Source: a virus. Taken from it: DNA of 64,000 nucleotides. Both the position numbers and the translations under genes were made by a program. The DNA lies in the IMG/VR virus record IMGVR_UViG_3300035099_000047, positions 1-64,000 of that record; one strand, written 5' to 3'. A model generated the notes under the pieces. It was not told the origin of the DNA and made no database searches. It saw only the letters and a program-made list of their open reading frames with translations. How positions within the stretch are numbered: the stretch's first letter is position 1; each line of letters starts with the position of its first letter. Below, one piece after another: positions 28,209 to 37,753 of the stretch.

Positions 28209-29590
28209 TTATCTTCACACACATCAACTTCCACATCAAACGGGACTATTGCCCATTGAAAATGCTCTCTCACATCCCGGGTCATTACCTGAATGATTTT
28301 GGCTACGTAGTCATCCAACTCACTACGGTGCACATCGCCTGTTATACTATCATGAGTTTCACATATAATCCGACTTTTCATACGGTTTTTGATAATCCAT
28401 TTTACCATCTGAATCATGTCCCAAAGCACACAATGATAAGCCGGACCTTGCACCCCATAGTTTGCCAACTGGTTTACACTGTACACACCCGTACAGCGAA
28501 ATCCTGTCATCATATCAAAATATCCCTTGCATTGGTAATCCTGTATGGCCTCCTGCAACCGCTTGTCCCATTCTGGAAACCGACTGTGAAACCGTTCGTC
28601 CACCTGTTGAATATGCCATTCAAACGTACCCTTAACTGGCTTCTCCCCCCGTTCACATCTACCCAACCGCTTAATGCCTTTAGAAGCCAGATGTTCTCTC
28701 AACGGTACCCCATCCTTAGTCTCCAACCCTTCCAATTGGATGGCCTCCCACAAGTTGCGAGAAGTATTGCGATAGTAGGAACCATAAAATGTGGGAAACA
28801 CAAACTTGTTCTTGGCCTGATCCCTAACTTTTTTAGGTACTTCGTCCAACATGTAACATTCAGCACCCATATCACGGTGTATGTCCTTCGTAGAATCACT
28901 GGCATATTCAATTAGCCTCTTATCGCGCCATCTGCAAGCCCCGCATCTAAATTCATGTGCACGCATATCCGCTTCTACCAACACGTGCCCCTCCGTTGGG
29001 ATATACAGTTGTCTCAACTTGGCTGCGAACTCCGCATCCCTTCGGATTTGATTTTGAACATTTGGGTGATCCGCCGAGGACCGATAAGTGTCTACTGAGT
29101 GCTGGTTAAAGCTGGGATGAATGTACTCACCTACCAACTCCCGTTTGATACCAACCAAGTAATTATCCCGCAATTTGCTAAGCTTGCGCAACCTCAACAA
29201 GCATTTAGCAAACGGGTGATCAATGGTATTGAGAACCTTTTCATCCATCTGCACCCGCTTACCTTTCTCTGTGCGAGCCTTTATTTCTATACCAAGATCC
29301 TTGGTTACCACGGAGGCTAATTGTGGAACACTACCCAGATTTGATCGATCCCCATAGCGACGTTTCCACAATCTCCAAACATCCGAACTCTTCAATTCAG
29401 AACTGATGCGTTTGATTTCATCATCAGATTCTTCGAGAACCCGATTCAACCCCTCAACATTTATACGCATGCCCCACTCTTCCACACGACTGAATGCCAT
29501 TGCCCCCTCATGCAACAACTGGTAGGCATCTTCGCTATTGGCATACACCGTCGGGCTCATCCAAACGATTCCACATTTTTGGGAGCACAA
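28181..29590 (-). CDS. polA: Family A DNA polymerase, polymerase domain
   Basis: RSSADHPNVQN, motif A VEADMRAHEFR, motif B RDQAKNKFVFPTFYG, motif C THDSI. Confidence 0.92.
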   Translation of the reverse strand: MCSQKCGIVWMSPTVYANSEDAYQLLHEGAMAFSRVEEWGMRINVEGLNRVLEESDDEIKRISSELKSSDVWRLWKRRYGDRSNLGSVPQLASVVTKDLGIEIKARTEKGKRVQMDEKVLNTIDHPFAKCLLRLRKLSKLRDNYLVGIKRELVGEYIHPSFNQHSVDTYRSSADHPNVQNQIRRDAEFAAKLRQLYIPTEGHVLVEADMRAHEFRCGACRWRDKRLIEYASDSTKDIHRDMGAECYMLDEVPKKVRDQAKNKFVFPTFYGSYYRNTSRNLWEAIQLEGLETKDGVPLREHLASKGIKRLGRCERGEKPVKGTFEWHIQQVDERFHSRFPEWDKRLQEAIQDYQCKGYFDMMTGFRCTGVYSVNQLANYGVQGPAYHCVLWDMIQMVKWIIKNRMKSRIICETHDSITGDVHRSELDDYVAKIIQVMTRDVREHFQWAIVPFDVEVDVCEDNWFHKRRVV

Positions 29591-29619
29591 TCCATTAACA
29601 ACTTACAACCATATGCATG

Positions 29620-29692
29620 TGGGTCTATCAGGAATCGGACCTGAGACCTGGTGTTTATAAGACACCTGCTCTAACCACTGAGCTATAGACCC
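29620..29692 (-). tRNA. tRNA-Ile(UAU)
   Basis: GGGTCTA/TAGACCC acceptor stem, D-arm GCTC-AGTGGTTA-GAGC, anticodon arm GGTGT-CTTATAA-ACACC, T-arm TCAGG-TCCGATT-CCTGA, discriminator A, no encoded CCA. Confidence 0.88.
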
Positions 29693-29716
29693 AACAACCA
29701 TTTTGTGCTACAAGCC

Positions 29717-29980
29717 TCAGTCCTCATCTTCATCTTCCCAGCCATCCTCATCATCTTCCCAATCTTCATCTTCATCTTCCCAATCTTCATCTTCCCAGTC
29801 CTCCTCGTCCTCCCAGTCCTCCTCATCATCCTCCCAATCCTCTTCGTCCTCCCAGTCCTCTTCGTCCTCCCAGTCCTCCTCATCATCCTCCCAATCTTCA
29901 TCATCATCTTCCCACCCTTCCCAATCCTCATCATCCTCATTCAAGCCGCCCGGATACCCATTTTTTGAAAACAAACTCAT
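29717..29980 (-). CDS. Hyper-acidic (E/D)nW-repeat protein, possible DNA mimic
   Basis: ATGA-coupled to the upstream gene; about ten EDEEDW-type repeats. Confidence 0.65.
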   Translation of the reverse strand: MSLFSKNGYPGGLNEDDEDWEGWEDDDEDWEDDEEDWEDEEDWEDEEDWEDDEEDWEDEEDWEDEDWEDEDEDWEDDEDGWEDEDED

Positions 29981-31191
29981 GACATCATCTCCTTTTTCAA
30001 CTTCAACTGCTTGTCGACACAAAACCATTCCATAACAGCATCCATCCCGTTGTAAATTAACAGATCCCTCAGATCTAATTCATTGATCCGATTGTTTTCA
30101 TTGCCCCCCTTCCTATCAGACTTCAAGTAGGGGCTTACCAGCTTATGCCAAGCTGGCTGCCCCCAAAGGACAAACCCGTTGAACTTCGCACCCACCTTCG
30201 ACCGATTATCCAAGATGTGAGCCATTAACATCCCATCTGCACCCCAATTTCGCACTCCATGACCAAACTCAACTCGGGTCCAACGTTGTTCAAACTTGAT
30301 ATTCCACCCCCATTTTTCATGCTCACTCTGCAAAAATTCGCTCATCACCTGTTTTATTCTACTCATCCAAGGGAACGCAATGGTTTCTTCCCCGTCCCTG
30401 CAGATGGCACAACTAAAAATCCTAGCCCCTTCTCCATCCGGTTTCAACCGATTGGTTTCATAATCAAAAGTGAACACCCCACCCCGTCGAGTCATCCGTT
30501 GGATACGCTTTTCCGCTTCCTCCCCTTCATAAATGCATTCCACCTGAGATTGAAAATCAGGTGGACCATTAGGCCAAGGCTTACCCTCCAATTCAAACAC
30601 AGCTTTCAAGTGTTGATCAAACCAGAACTCCAACACGGGGTCGTCCTGCCGCAACAAGTAACTACTGTGCCAAGTAGGACATATCCAAGCATTGAGTTCT
30701 TGACTAGGTATCCGAAACCCTGCCCAGCGACTAATACCACCCAAACCTTCATCGTCCCACCATATCGAACCTATAAGACTTTTAACAGCCGCCCCACCTA
30801 ACAAGACTATGACGTCCGGTTTCAATTCCATCAGAGTCTTGTTAAGGCTGGGGCGGCAGGCTTCTATCTGCTCATCTGTCGTTTCATTTTCTGAAGGCCG
30901 GCATATAACCGCATTTGTTTTCCAACAGTCCTCGTCCAAATCAACGCCTATCTTACCCAAGTGCTTGCGCAATTTTTGACCTGCACGGCCTATTAACTGA
31001 ACACCTTTTTCATCTTCCGCTTCACCAGGAGATTCCGCCACCACCAACACCTTACGCTTACCCCAGCCAGTCCAACCCATACGGGGACTCTTACAAGTGC
31101 GATACAGCCCACACGATCCACAACGAGGGGCTGTGACCACATCTTCCAACTGCCCTAATTGCGAATCAGAAAAAAATCCTTCAGACCTCAC
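29977..31191 (-). CDS. Uracil-DNA-glycosylase-like (family 4, Fe-S) domain fused to DEDD 3'-5' exonuclease; N-terminal half of split Pol A
   Basis: CGSCGLYRTC, VAESPG, NAVICRP, TWHSSYLLR; exonuclease motifs FDYET, NIKFE, YNGMDA. Confidence 0.88.
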   Translation of the reverse strand: MRSEGFFSDSQLGQLEDVVTAPRCGSCGLYRTCKSPRMGWTGWGKRKVLVVAESPGEAEDEKGVQLIGRAGQKLRKHLGKIGVDLDEDCWKTNAVICRPSENETTDEQIEACRPSLNKTLMELKPDVIVLLGGAAVKSLIGSIWWDDEGLGGISRWAGFRIPSQELNAWICPTWHSSYLLRQDDPVLEFWFDQHLKAVFELEGKPWPNGPPDFQSQVECIYEGEEAEKRIQRMTRRGGVFTFDYETNRLKPDGEGARIFSCAICRDGEETIAFPWMSRIKQVMSEFLQSEHEKWGWNIKFEQRWTRVEFGHGVRNWGADGMLMAHILDNRSKVGAKFNGFVLWGQPAWHKLVSPYLKSDRKGGNENNRINELDLRDLLIYNGMDAVMEWFCVDKQLKLKKEMMS

Positions 31192-31206
31192 AAGGCCCCC
31201 ATTTTC

Positions 31207-31416
31207 TCAGACATCGCTTACTTCCTCTTGCCCACGATTTCCACATTGTCCACTCTTTGTTACACTCTCAAGCAGCCCATTCTGATATTCAGCATTCCAC
31301 TCATTGTGAGTAGAGCCACATTTGGGACAAGCCAAATCCTGGTACACAGACAAAGCCGCTTGAAATGCTTCAGGTGGTCCTTCAAATCCGCACTCCAAAC
31401 ACTCCACCACAGACAT
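31207..31416 (-). CDS. Zn-ribbon protein
   Basis: CLECG...CPKCGS. Confidence 0.6.
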   Translation of the reverse strand: MSVVECLECGFEGPPEAFQAALSVYQDLACPKCGSTHNEWNAEYQNGLLESVTKSGQCGNRGQEEVSDV

Positions 31417-31419
31417 ACA

Positions 31420-32436
31420 TCACTCCTTCTCCACAGGACCGATCAACGTGATGTACTCCCACTTATCAGTCTCCACCCTCAAACGGCTAGGCGCCACAAT
31501 GGCCGAATCCGCTTTGCGGCTAATCTCAGACAACAACCGGGGGTTTATCCTAAAACTCATTTCTCCACCATCAAATTGGCAGTCCCGCGTGCCCCAATAC
31601 TGCCCATTTTTGCCCCGGCCCTTCACCCGGAGTTTGTCAGGCCGCAACTCCACCGTGACATAACCTTGTTCATCAGCATCGGTAAAATCACTGGCCCGAT
31701 CCAACACTTCATCCAAAGCCTTGGGAATGCTCAGTTTTTTGCCTTCCACTTTCAAAAAGGGAGTCAAGTCAGGGTAGCGGTAATTCCCAACCGTATTGTA
31801 CCGACGACAACTCAACATCAACCCTTCAGGGTTACGGAAGTGAAACCAACTATCAGTTTCACTGTACTGAGTCATCTCCAAGCCCGTGCACAACTGTATT
31901 GCCTCCCGGTGCAATAGGCAGTCCCGAGTCAACTTCAACTTGACAGGATAACGGCTGATTTGGAACTTATCACTGGCTTCAACCCAATCAGGGGTCAAAT
32001 GCACACAAGTGAGCACTGCCCGGACTGCTTTGTTGCTGCAGCAGTTCCGAACCACCCCCATTGCATCCCAAAAATTGGTAGGCAAGTCGTTCCACTCACC
32101 TGGATTTTCGATCTCTTCAGTAGGCAAGGCAATCTTGGCTTCCATACTGATCACAGCCCGGTCCCCAGGTACCCGAACACCCAAACCCCCCTGTTCCAAA
32201 CCAATCTCCACTTCATCCTGGGGCAGCTTGCGCAACAAAGACAACAACTCTTTACCGTGAACAGCCCCCTCAAAATCAACCTTGCATTCCACCCGGCAAG
32301 CCACAGTCTCGTTGTATGTAACCACATAACCACCATGGAACACAAAACAGTCGCTTTGGGCCAAATTCGGTATTTTAGCCAAACCAGCAGCCATGGCTTC
32401 CAATTTGTTCAACAGATCTTTGCGTTTAACTTGCAT
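31420..32436 (-). CDS. dnaN: Sliding clamp (DNA Pol III beta-like)
   Basis: 338 aa three-domain pattern; RAVLTCVHL, ASDKFQI, YPDL, INPRLLSE. Confidence 0.75.
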   Translation of the reverse strand: MQVKRKDLLNKLEAMAAGLAKIPNLAQSDCFVFHGGYVVTYNETVACRVECKVDFEGAVHGKELLSLLRKLPQDEVEIGLEQGGLGVRVPGDRAVISMEAKIALPTEEIENPGEWNDLPTNFWDAMGVVRNCCSNKAVRAVLTCVHLTPDWVEASDKFQISRYPVKLKLTRDCLLHREAIQLCTGLEMTQYSETDSWFHFRNPEGLMLSCRRYNTVGNYRYPDLTPFLKVEGKKLSIPKALDEVLDRASDFTDADEQGYVTVELRPDKLRVKGRGKNGQYWGTRDCQFDGGEMSFRINPRLLSEISRKADSAIVAPSRLRVETDKWEYITLIGPVEKE

Positions 32437-32583
32437 TATCCGGTTCCTTCAAACTAGAAATGACCTTTCGGCCTGTCAACGCCTCATATGTGAATTGCTT
32501 CCCTTTGCTCCTCACAGGTGTAATCGCAAGGGCCCAAACGTTGGTAACTTCCACAATTAGGGCACTGCATTTGCTCACCCTTT

Positions 32584-33396
32584 TCAACCGTTACTGTACA
32601 CCTTAGCAACCTTGATGGGGTTGAGTTTCTTCTTAAACTTTAGCAAACCCTCACTCCCCAGGCTTCCACCATCATTCACCAACTTTTTACGATTTTGAAC
32701 CCATTCGCTGGTGTAAAACAAATATCGCAGGTACTCCTGCAAAAACGGATCCCCCCGATCCACACACAAGCGATGGTTGATATACATCCAGTTCTCATCG
32801 CAAACGTTTAATCCCACCAACTCACCATTCAAGAACAACCCCCAACGCAGCAAACCCCGGATGGCAAACCGCAACATGACTTCAACATCTTCCAACTCCC
32901 TACCTTTTGCCCATTTGTCCAACAAGTTGGCTGCCCCCTTACTACATTCCCTTTCATCCAACCTACGATACCAAATGTTGCCTGTTGTGCGGCTACACCA
33001 TTTGTGTACGTTGCGACGGAATGTCAACCATTTATTACCCACCATGAACAAAAACTGCTTCGGATCATAAATGATTTGATAATCCAAAAATTTCGTCAAC
33101 TCACCATCACCCCAACCCTTGTCAGGTTGGCTAGCCCAACAAGGAACGCTCAAATCAGGGGTATCATTGGTGTCCAAGGGGCAAACAAACCAACCATCCT
33201 CCCCAGGCTCTACAAAACCCCTGTATTCAGCAACTTGATTCCATTCCAAATCCTTCAGAGTCAAGTATTCTGCACTCTGAAAGAAATTAGGCTCCACGCC
33301 CACCTTCATCAGGCAATTCAAATAGTCCAGGATTAGCCTTTCGTTTACCACCACCGCGTTCCTTTTTAGGCAACTCCCCCTTAACCTCTTTTTCAC
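32584..33396 (-). CDS. DUF2156 / Fem-like GNAT-fold (tRNA-dependent aminoacyl-transferase-like) protein
   Basis: DYQIIYDPKQFLFMVGNKW..FRRNV and VNDGGSLGSEGLLKFKKKLNP. Confidence 0.65.
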   Translation of the reverse strand: MKKRLRGSCLKRNAVVVNERLILDYLNCLMKVGVEPNFFQSAEYLTLKDLEWNQVAEYRGFVEPGEDGWFVCPLDTNDTPDLSVPCWASQPDKGWGDGELTKFLDYQIIYDPKQFLFMVGNKWLTFRRNVHKWCSRTTGNIWYRRLDERECSKGAANLLDKWAKGRELEDVEVMLRFAIRGLLRWGLFLNGELVGLNVCDENWMYINHRLCVDRGDPFLQEYLRYLFYTSEWVQNRKKLVNDGGSLGSEGLLKFKKKLNPIKVAKVYSNG

Positions 33397-33460
33397 GAAG
33401 CAATCGCTCGATAAGCTTCTTGCTCACCCCTCCTGATTTACGACTCTTGCCGCCCACTTT

Positions 33461-33748
33461 CTAACCCTCCCCCTTTCCAGAACAACTACCAGGCATCGAA
33501 GGGAAACGATGCAGCAGAGACTTCAATGCCTTATCATATTCAGCCTTCTGGAGGAAGTATTCCCTGTCGTCCTCCACAACCATAACAGAAGAAGGTTCCC
33601 CTTTATCACCTATTCCATCAGGCATCTCTAAATCATTACTACCACAACGCGGGCAACAATTGATTGGTGGCCCCCCATCATCTGCTACATAGGTCACTTC
33701 ATATTGCAACTCACAATCAGTACAACGGATCAGGCGCAATTCAGTCAC
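33461..33748 (-). CDS. Zn-ribbon protein
   Basis: CTDC...CPRCGS. Confidence 0.6.
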   Translation of the reverse strand: MTELRLIRCTDCELQYEVTYVADDGGPPINCCPRCGSNDLEMPDGIGDKGEPSSVMVVEDDREYFLQKAEYDKALKSLLHRFPSMPGSCSGKGEG

Positions 33749-33757
33749 GATTTTCCC

Positions 33758-34000
33758 CTAAAAAGCAAACACCTGAACCCCATTGCAAAGCACTCTCGCC
33801 CGTACCCCACTTCCTTTGCGCACCAATTCCGTGGCTTGAATAACAGCAGCCTCCAAAGTGTACATGGGAATGATTTGAGGATTCTGACCCTTACAAGTGA
33901 CTTCTATTTCAAACATGTTCGACAGCCTCCCAGCGCAAAAATTTAGCCAGTTGACGGTAGTCAGACCTCCACTCCACCCGCCAAGGTCCCCCTCGCTCAC
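33758..34000 (-). CDS. Hypothetical protein
   Basis: ORF on coding strand. Confidence 0.4.
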   Translation of the reverse strand: MSEGDLGGWSGGLTTVNWLNFCAGRLSNMFEIEVTCKGQNPQIIPMYTLEAAVIQATELVRKGSGVRARVLCNGVQVFAF

Positions 34001-34112
34001 CTATCAATTGCACCCGGGTGCCTCCACTCCGTTTAACAGCTAAAACCACCCGATCAGCTGTTTTCTTCAAGTGATACTCTCTGCTACAACTAAACCTATC
34101 AAGCCTCATCAC
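33909..34112 (-). CDS. Hypothetical protein
   Basis: Coupled to the upstream gene. Confidence 0.4.
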   Translation of the reverse strand: MMRLDRFSCSREYHLKKTADRVVLAVKRSGGTRVQLIGERGGPWRVEWRSDYRQLAKFLRWEAVEHV

Positions 34113-34831
34113 TTGTCCTCTTGCATTTCTCCACCCAGCTCATCATACACACACATACTTACTCTACCACGCATGTCTAGCTTCAAATCGTCAGACTCAA
34201 CATGAACCACGTCTTTCCCACCAAACCAAAACTTAACCTTATCTACAAACGTGTACAAAGCCATAAAATCATCCGTCCGCATACCCAAAGGCCCAAAGTG
34301 ATCAATCTCCACCGGGAACAACGGCATCCCTTTAGGCTTGTGTTCCACTTTAATCATTGTGCCTGTATAGATATTGCGCTGCACTATAGTCAGTTGTCCT
34401 TCGCGAGCACTAAACTCAATGTGACTCAAGCTATCATCCAGTAACTTACACACCTCACGAGGTATTACAGTCATACCGCCTATCGGCGGGCCTAACCTCC
34501 GAAACATATCCATTACCTGTTCCGGTGTATACTTGGGGGTCCTGCAACTCTTGGTGCGAATGTATTCTGGACTCTCCGCCCCATCAGTCAATATGAATTC
34601 CACTCGCCCGTCTTTCTCTACAACCTCTGAACTGTCGTAATCATTGGCTTCAAAGCTCACTGGGTGAGCAAACGGCTTTTCCCCAGTCAGGAACCGAAGC
34701 AACACCGTGCGATCGAAGTTAAGTATGTACACCCTATCATCAATACAATACACCGTGTTGCGAAACCGACCACACTGATGCAAAGCCACTGCATGCGAGA
34801 AAATGTTTTCTACGCGGTCAGATATTTTCAC
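34109..34831 (-). CDS. Hypothetical protein, possibly a divergent sliding-clamp fold
   Basis: 240-aa alternating alpha/beta pattern; coupled to a radical SAM gene. Confidence 0.55.
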   Translation of the reverse strand: MKISDRVENIFSHAVALHQCGRFRNTVYCIDDRVYILNFDRTVLLRFLTGEKPFAHPVSFEANDYDSSEVVEKDGRVEFILTDGAESPEYIRTKSCRTPKYTPEQVMDMFRRLGPPIGGMTVIPREVCKLLDDSLSHIEFSAREGQLTIVQRNIYTGTMIKVEHKPKGMPLFPVEIDHFGPLGMRTDDFMALYTFVDKVKFWFGGKDVVHVESDDLKLDMRGRVSMCVYDELGGEMQEDK

Positions 34832-36335
34832 AAATCAGGTCCTTTCTAAAATCGGTACCATCCCAAGTCCAAGTCTTACCATCCCGGTCATGCCCCACGG
34901 GTTCCAACCCTCTAGCCCAGCCGTGAGAGTAAGCATCATTACTTCCAGAGACATTCCAAAGCAAGTGGACCTCTTGTTTCAACGATTCACTCAAGAATCC
35001 ACCATGTTCATTTACCCAATTTACAAAATCTTGCCAATTGGTAGCCTGATTGCCCCGGCGTTTGATAAACCGGGCAGCCATCACCGCACAACCATAATTG
35101 AAACCCCCTCGGAACCAATCCCCCACTTCACAGCAAACGTCATCATCGTTGTCTGGCACATTGCCCATATCAAACGTGCTACATCGAATGCCCTTTTCCC
35201 TAAACAACTTCATAAACTCCCCAAGTAACAGACTACCCAACGGCTGACTGTCACACCCTAATAGGACCAAGCGATCCCAATCCAATCCAACATTGCAAAA
35301 TGCTTGATACATACCAGGGTTCTTAGCCGTATAGCTGTAAGTATCAAACGTAATGTGCCCCACCCCTGCATCCTTGAGGTCTGATATGTACCGCTCCACT
35401 TCGTCGGGTGGGTCACTCAAATACACCAAGAACGGTTCAATCCTAGCTACCACCCTCACCCCAGCCGAGGCCAATTGTTTCATAGCCCAAATGCGCCGTT
35501 CGTAACTAGGAGCACCAGGTTCCAACGCCTTGAGCACTTTGTTGTTGCTAGAAATCAACGTAACATGAACCGCCGCCTTGCCCTTGTTCTTGGCTAGGGC
35601 ATCCACGTAGTCATCTTCTCCAATCAAGTCACTCTTGGTGTTAACCATAGTAGGATAGGCCGTGTTAGACAAGTATCGCAGCAAACCGAGGCTAATACCC
35701 AACTTCCTCTCTTTGGGTAAAAAATCCTCGAACCGAATACCTAACCGCATAGGGATTTCCAAGGCAACTGCACGTTTCAAAGCTACCAAGGGGGATCCTG
35801 CATAGGCTTGCCAACCAGACTTACCTCCCCGAGTAGCCATCTTTTCCCCACTAGCAGTAACCCGAGCTATGCGACGCTCAGCCTTTTCATCGGATTCCCC
35901 TGATATGCTGTGGGTATCTTTACCCCGATAAGCCATCAACTTATCAAGCTCTCTGCAACTTTCATCCAAGTTACAATGGCGTAAGCCTACTGAGCGACTG
36001 TTGTCAAAAAAGGCTGTGTACAAAGTTGACTTAAAATTGCAAGCAAAACAGTATTTACATGCGTAAGGACAAAATATTGCATCGTACACATCCAAATTTA
36101 GAGGCATTGGACAAGCAGCTGCTCTGCAACTAACCTCAGCAAACGAGCCAAAATTATCCTCTTGCAACATGCGGGCCCGGCTTTGCCACTCTCTATTGTC
36201 CTGCTTAAACTCACGATACCCTTTTTTGCGCCCCTTTTCCTTTACAGCCTCCACCTTACCCCGGTCATCAACCAAGGGTTTCATGCGAGGGATCATTTGA
36301 CTCACAGCTTTGCGCAGCGCGTAGTAATTACTCAA
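34818..36335 (-). CDS. Radical SAM enzyme (SPL-like)
   Basis: CPYACKYCF, NTKS, LEPGAPSYERR, ARIEPF. Confidence 0.85.
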   Translation of the reverse strand: MSNYYALRKAVSQMIPRMKPLVDDRGKVEAVKEKGRKKGYREFKQDNREWQSRARMLQEDNFGSFAEVSCRAAACPMPLNLDVYDAIFCPYACKYCFACNFKSTLYTAFFDNSRSVGLRHCNLDESCRELDKLMAYRGKDTHSISGESDEKAERRIARVTASGEKMATRGGKSGWQAYAGSPLVALKRAVALEIPMRLGIRFEDFLPKERKLGISLGLLRYLSNTAYPTMVNTKSDLIGEDDYVDALAKNKGKAAVHVTLISSNNKVLKALEPGAPSYERRIWAMKQLASAGVRVVARIEPFLVYLSDPPDEVERYISDLKDAGVGHITFDTYSYTAKNPGMYQAFCNVGLDWDRLVLLGCDSQPLGSLLLGEFMKLFREKGIRCSTFDMGNVPDNDDDVCCEVGDWFRGGFNYGCAVMAARFIKRRGNQATNWQDFVNWVNEHGGFLSESLKQEVHLLWNVSGSNDAYSHGWARGLEPVGHDRDGKTWTWDGTDFRKDLICENI

Positions 36336-36897
36336 CTTTAATCCCCTTCTCTCCCACGTACTTGTCCTCTTCCCAACCCGGGAACTTCAATTTACCTGAC
36401 TTAAACAAGGGTCGGAATATCTGAACAATTTCCTTTTCCCATCTTTTCATCATTTTTTCGTATGCTTTGAGATTAACAAGGGTCCCTTGACGACAAAGAT
36501 CCCGACAGCGATCCTGATGCTTGCGCCGTTGCAAATTGAGAAAATGTTGAAGTGAACAACAAGGGTCTCCTTCCCCACACAGTTCGTCTCCGAACATGCC
36601 CTCTTCTGCAGCCAGCTTCCAAGTCCCTTTCCGACACATGTCCGTAAACTCTTTACCTGCAGAACCTGACCACAACAACGTCCCCGGTAGCCACTTTTTT
36701 CCCTCAGCCACTAAGTAAATACGACACCTTTCTGCTTTAGCTATACCTTCACCCGGGTAAGGCTCAGCTGGCCGAATCGCCACATCCTTGCTGCCTATAC
36801 CTTCTCCGAAAGGGTGAAAAAGATCTATTGACTCAGCCATTTCCCGCACACCCGCCGCATGACCCACGTTAGACATTTCAAATCTCCCTTCCAACAT
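36328..36897 (-). CDS. Hypothetical protein in the modification cluster
   Basis: Overlaps both neighbours. Confidence 0.55.
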   Translation of the reverse strand: MLEGRFEMSNVGHAAGVREMAESIDLFHPFGEGIGSKDVAIRPAEPYPGEGIAKAERCRIYLVAEGKKWLPGTLLWSGSAGKEFTDMCRKGTWKLAAEEGMFGDELCGEGDPCCSLQHFLNLQRRKHQDRCRDLCRQGTLVNLKAYEKMMKRWEKEIVQIFRPLFKSGKLKFPGWEEDKYVGEKGIKVE

Positions 36898-37753
36898 TCC
36901 AAAACAACACTGGGTCTTTCAACCCTTTTATTCTACACCTCAACCACTCCCAAGCCTTCAAATCATAGTACCTATGACATGGAAATGGACATTCCACGGT
37001 ACTTGCTTGAGTGTATTCCCAACCCGGGTCCTCCAAGACCAGTGGACTACCACCGAGGCCTCCCCCCATTGGGTAGCCCCGAGCCTCGATTGATTCCTTT
37101 TTATGCTCCAAGTCCCCAGTACGCCCCATCACGCCTATTATTATACCATCCCCAGGCTTCCAACCCCGTAACAAACCCGCACAAACCGTTCCACTGCCCA
37201 CCGGTACCACTGTGGTCGCCGGTCGAATCAACTGAGTAACCGTTTTAACCCATTGATCCGCTGTAGCCTCTACAGTTTCACTCAATGGCAAACCCAACTC
37301 AAGCATTTCTGAACCATTCTTGTACCTATCCTTCAACATTTTCTTGCTGGAGTAATAGTTGATCTTGGCCCGTCCAGCCTCAATAGGCACCAACTCAGCC
37401 CCAAATTCCTTCCATTTGGCCCGGTGTTTCAACAACAATTCATTCGGCTGATTGTATTGAGGATCAAATATCACAGCCCTCATACCCAATTGTTGAGCTA
37501 CCCAAGCCACCCCGACCCCAGCCATGCTAATGGATGTCTCTGTGTATCCCACCACTGAGATCCCATTAGCTTTCAAACTACTCATCTTTTCCCACAGTCC
37601 ACGAACCTTGCTGAACGGAGGACCAGGCGCAGGGCAACATTGGTCTTCCCGCTTGACATACACGGTACGGCCCTTTACTTGATACACCTCCACCGGGGTA
37701 AGGGGATTTAGCTGAATCACACTTTCAAGCCCCACCGCAAACGCTTGCGACAC
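36878..37753 (-). CDS. PLP-dependent enzyme (fold type II)
   Basis: LTPVE...YVKRED...SKVRG, VPVGSGT, YYDLKAW, LFWNVG. Confidence 0.85.
   Translation of the reverse strand: MSQAFAVGLESVIQLNPLTPVEVYQVKGRTVYVKREDQCCPAPGPPFSKVRGLWEKMSSLKANGISVVGYTETSISMAGVGVAWVAQQLGMRAVIFDPQYNQPNELLLKHRAKWKEFGAELVPIEAGRAKINYYSSKKMLKDRYKNGSEMLELGLPLSETVEATADQWVKTVTQLIRPATTVVPVGSGTVCAGLLRGWKPGDGIIIGVMGRTGDLEHKKESIEARGYPMGGGLGGSPLVLEDPGWEYTQASTVECPFPCHRYYDLKAWEWLRCRIKGLKDPVLFWNVGREI

Noticed and set aside
29683-30035. Ser/Gln-rich, Ile-rich and Arg/Met-rich ORFs over the acidic repeat
   Set aside because: These are alternative-frame or antisense shadows of the ATGA-coupled acidic ORF.
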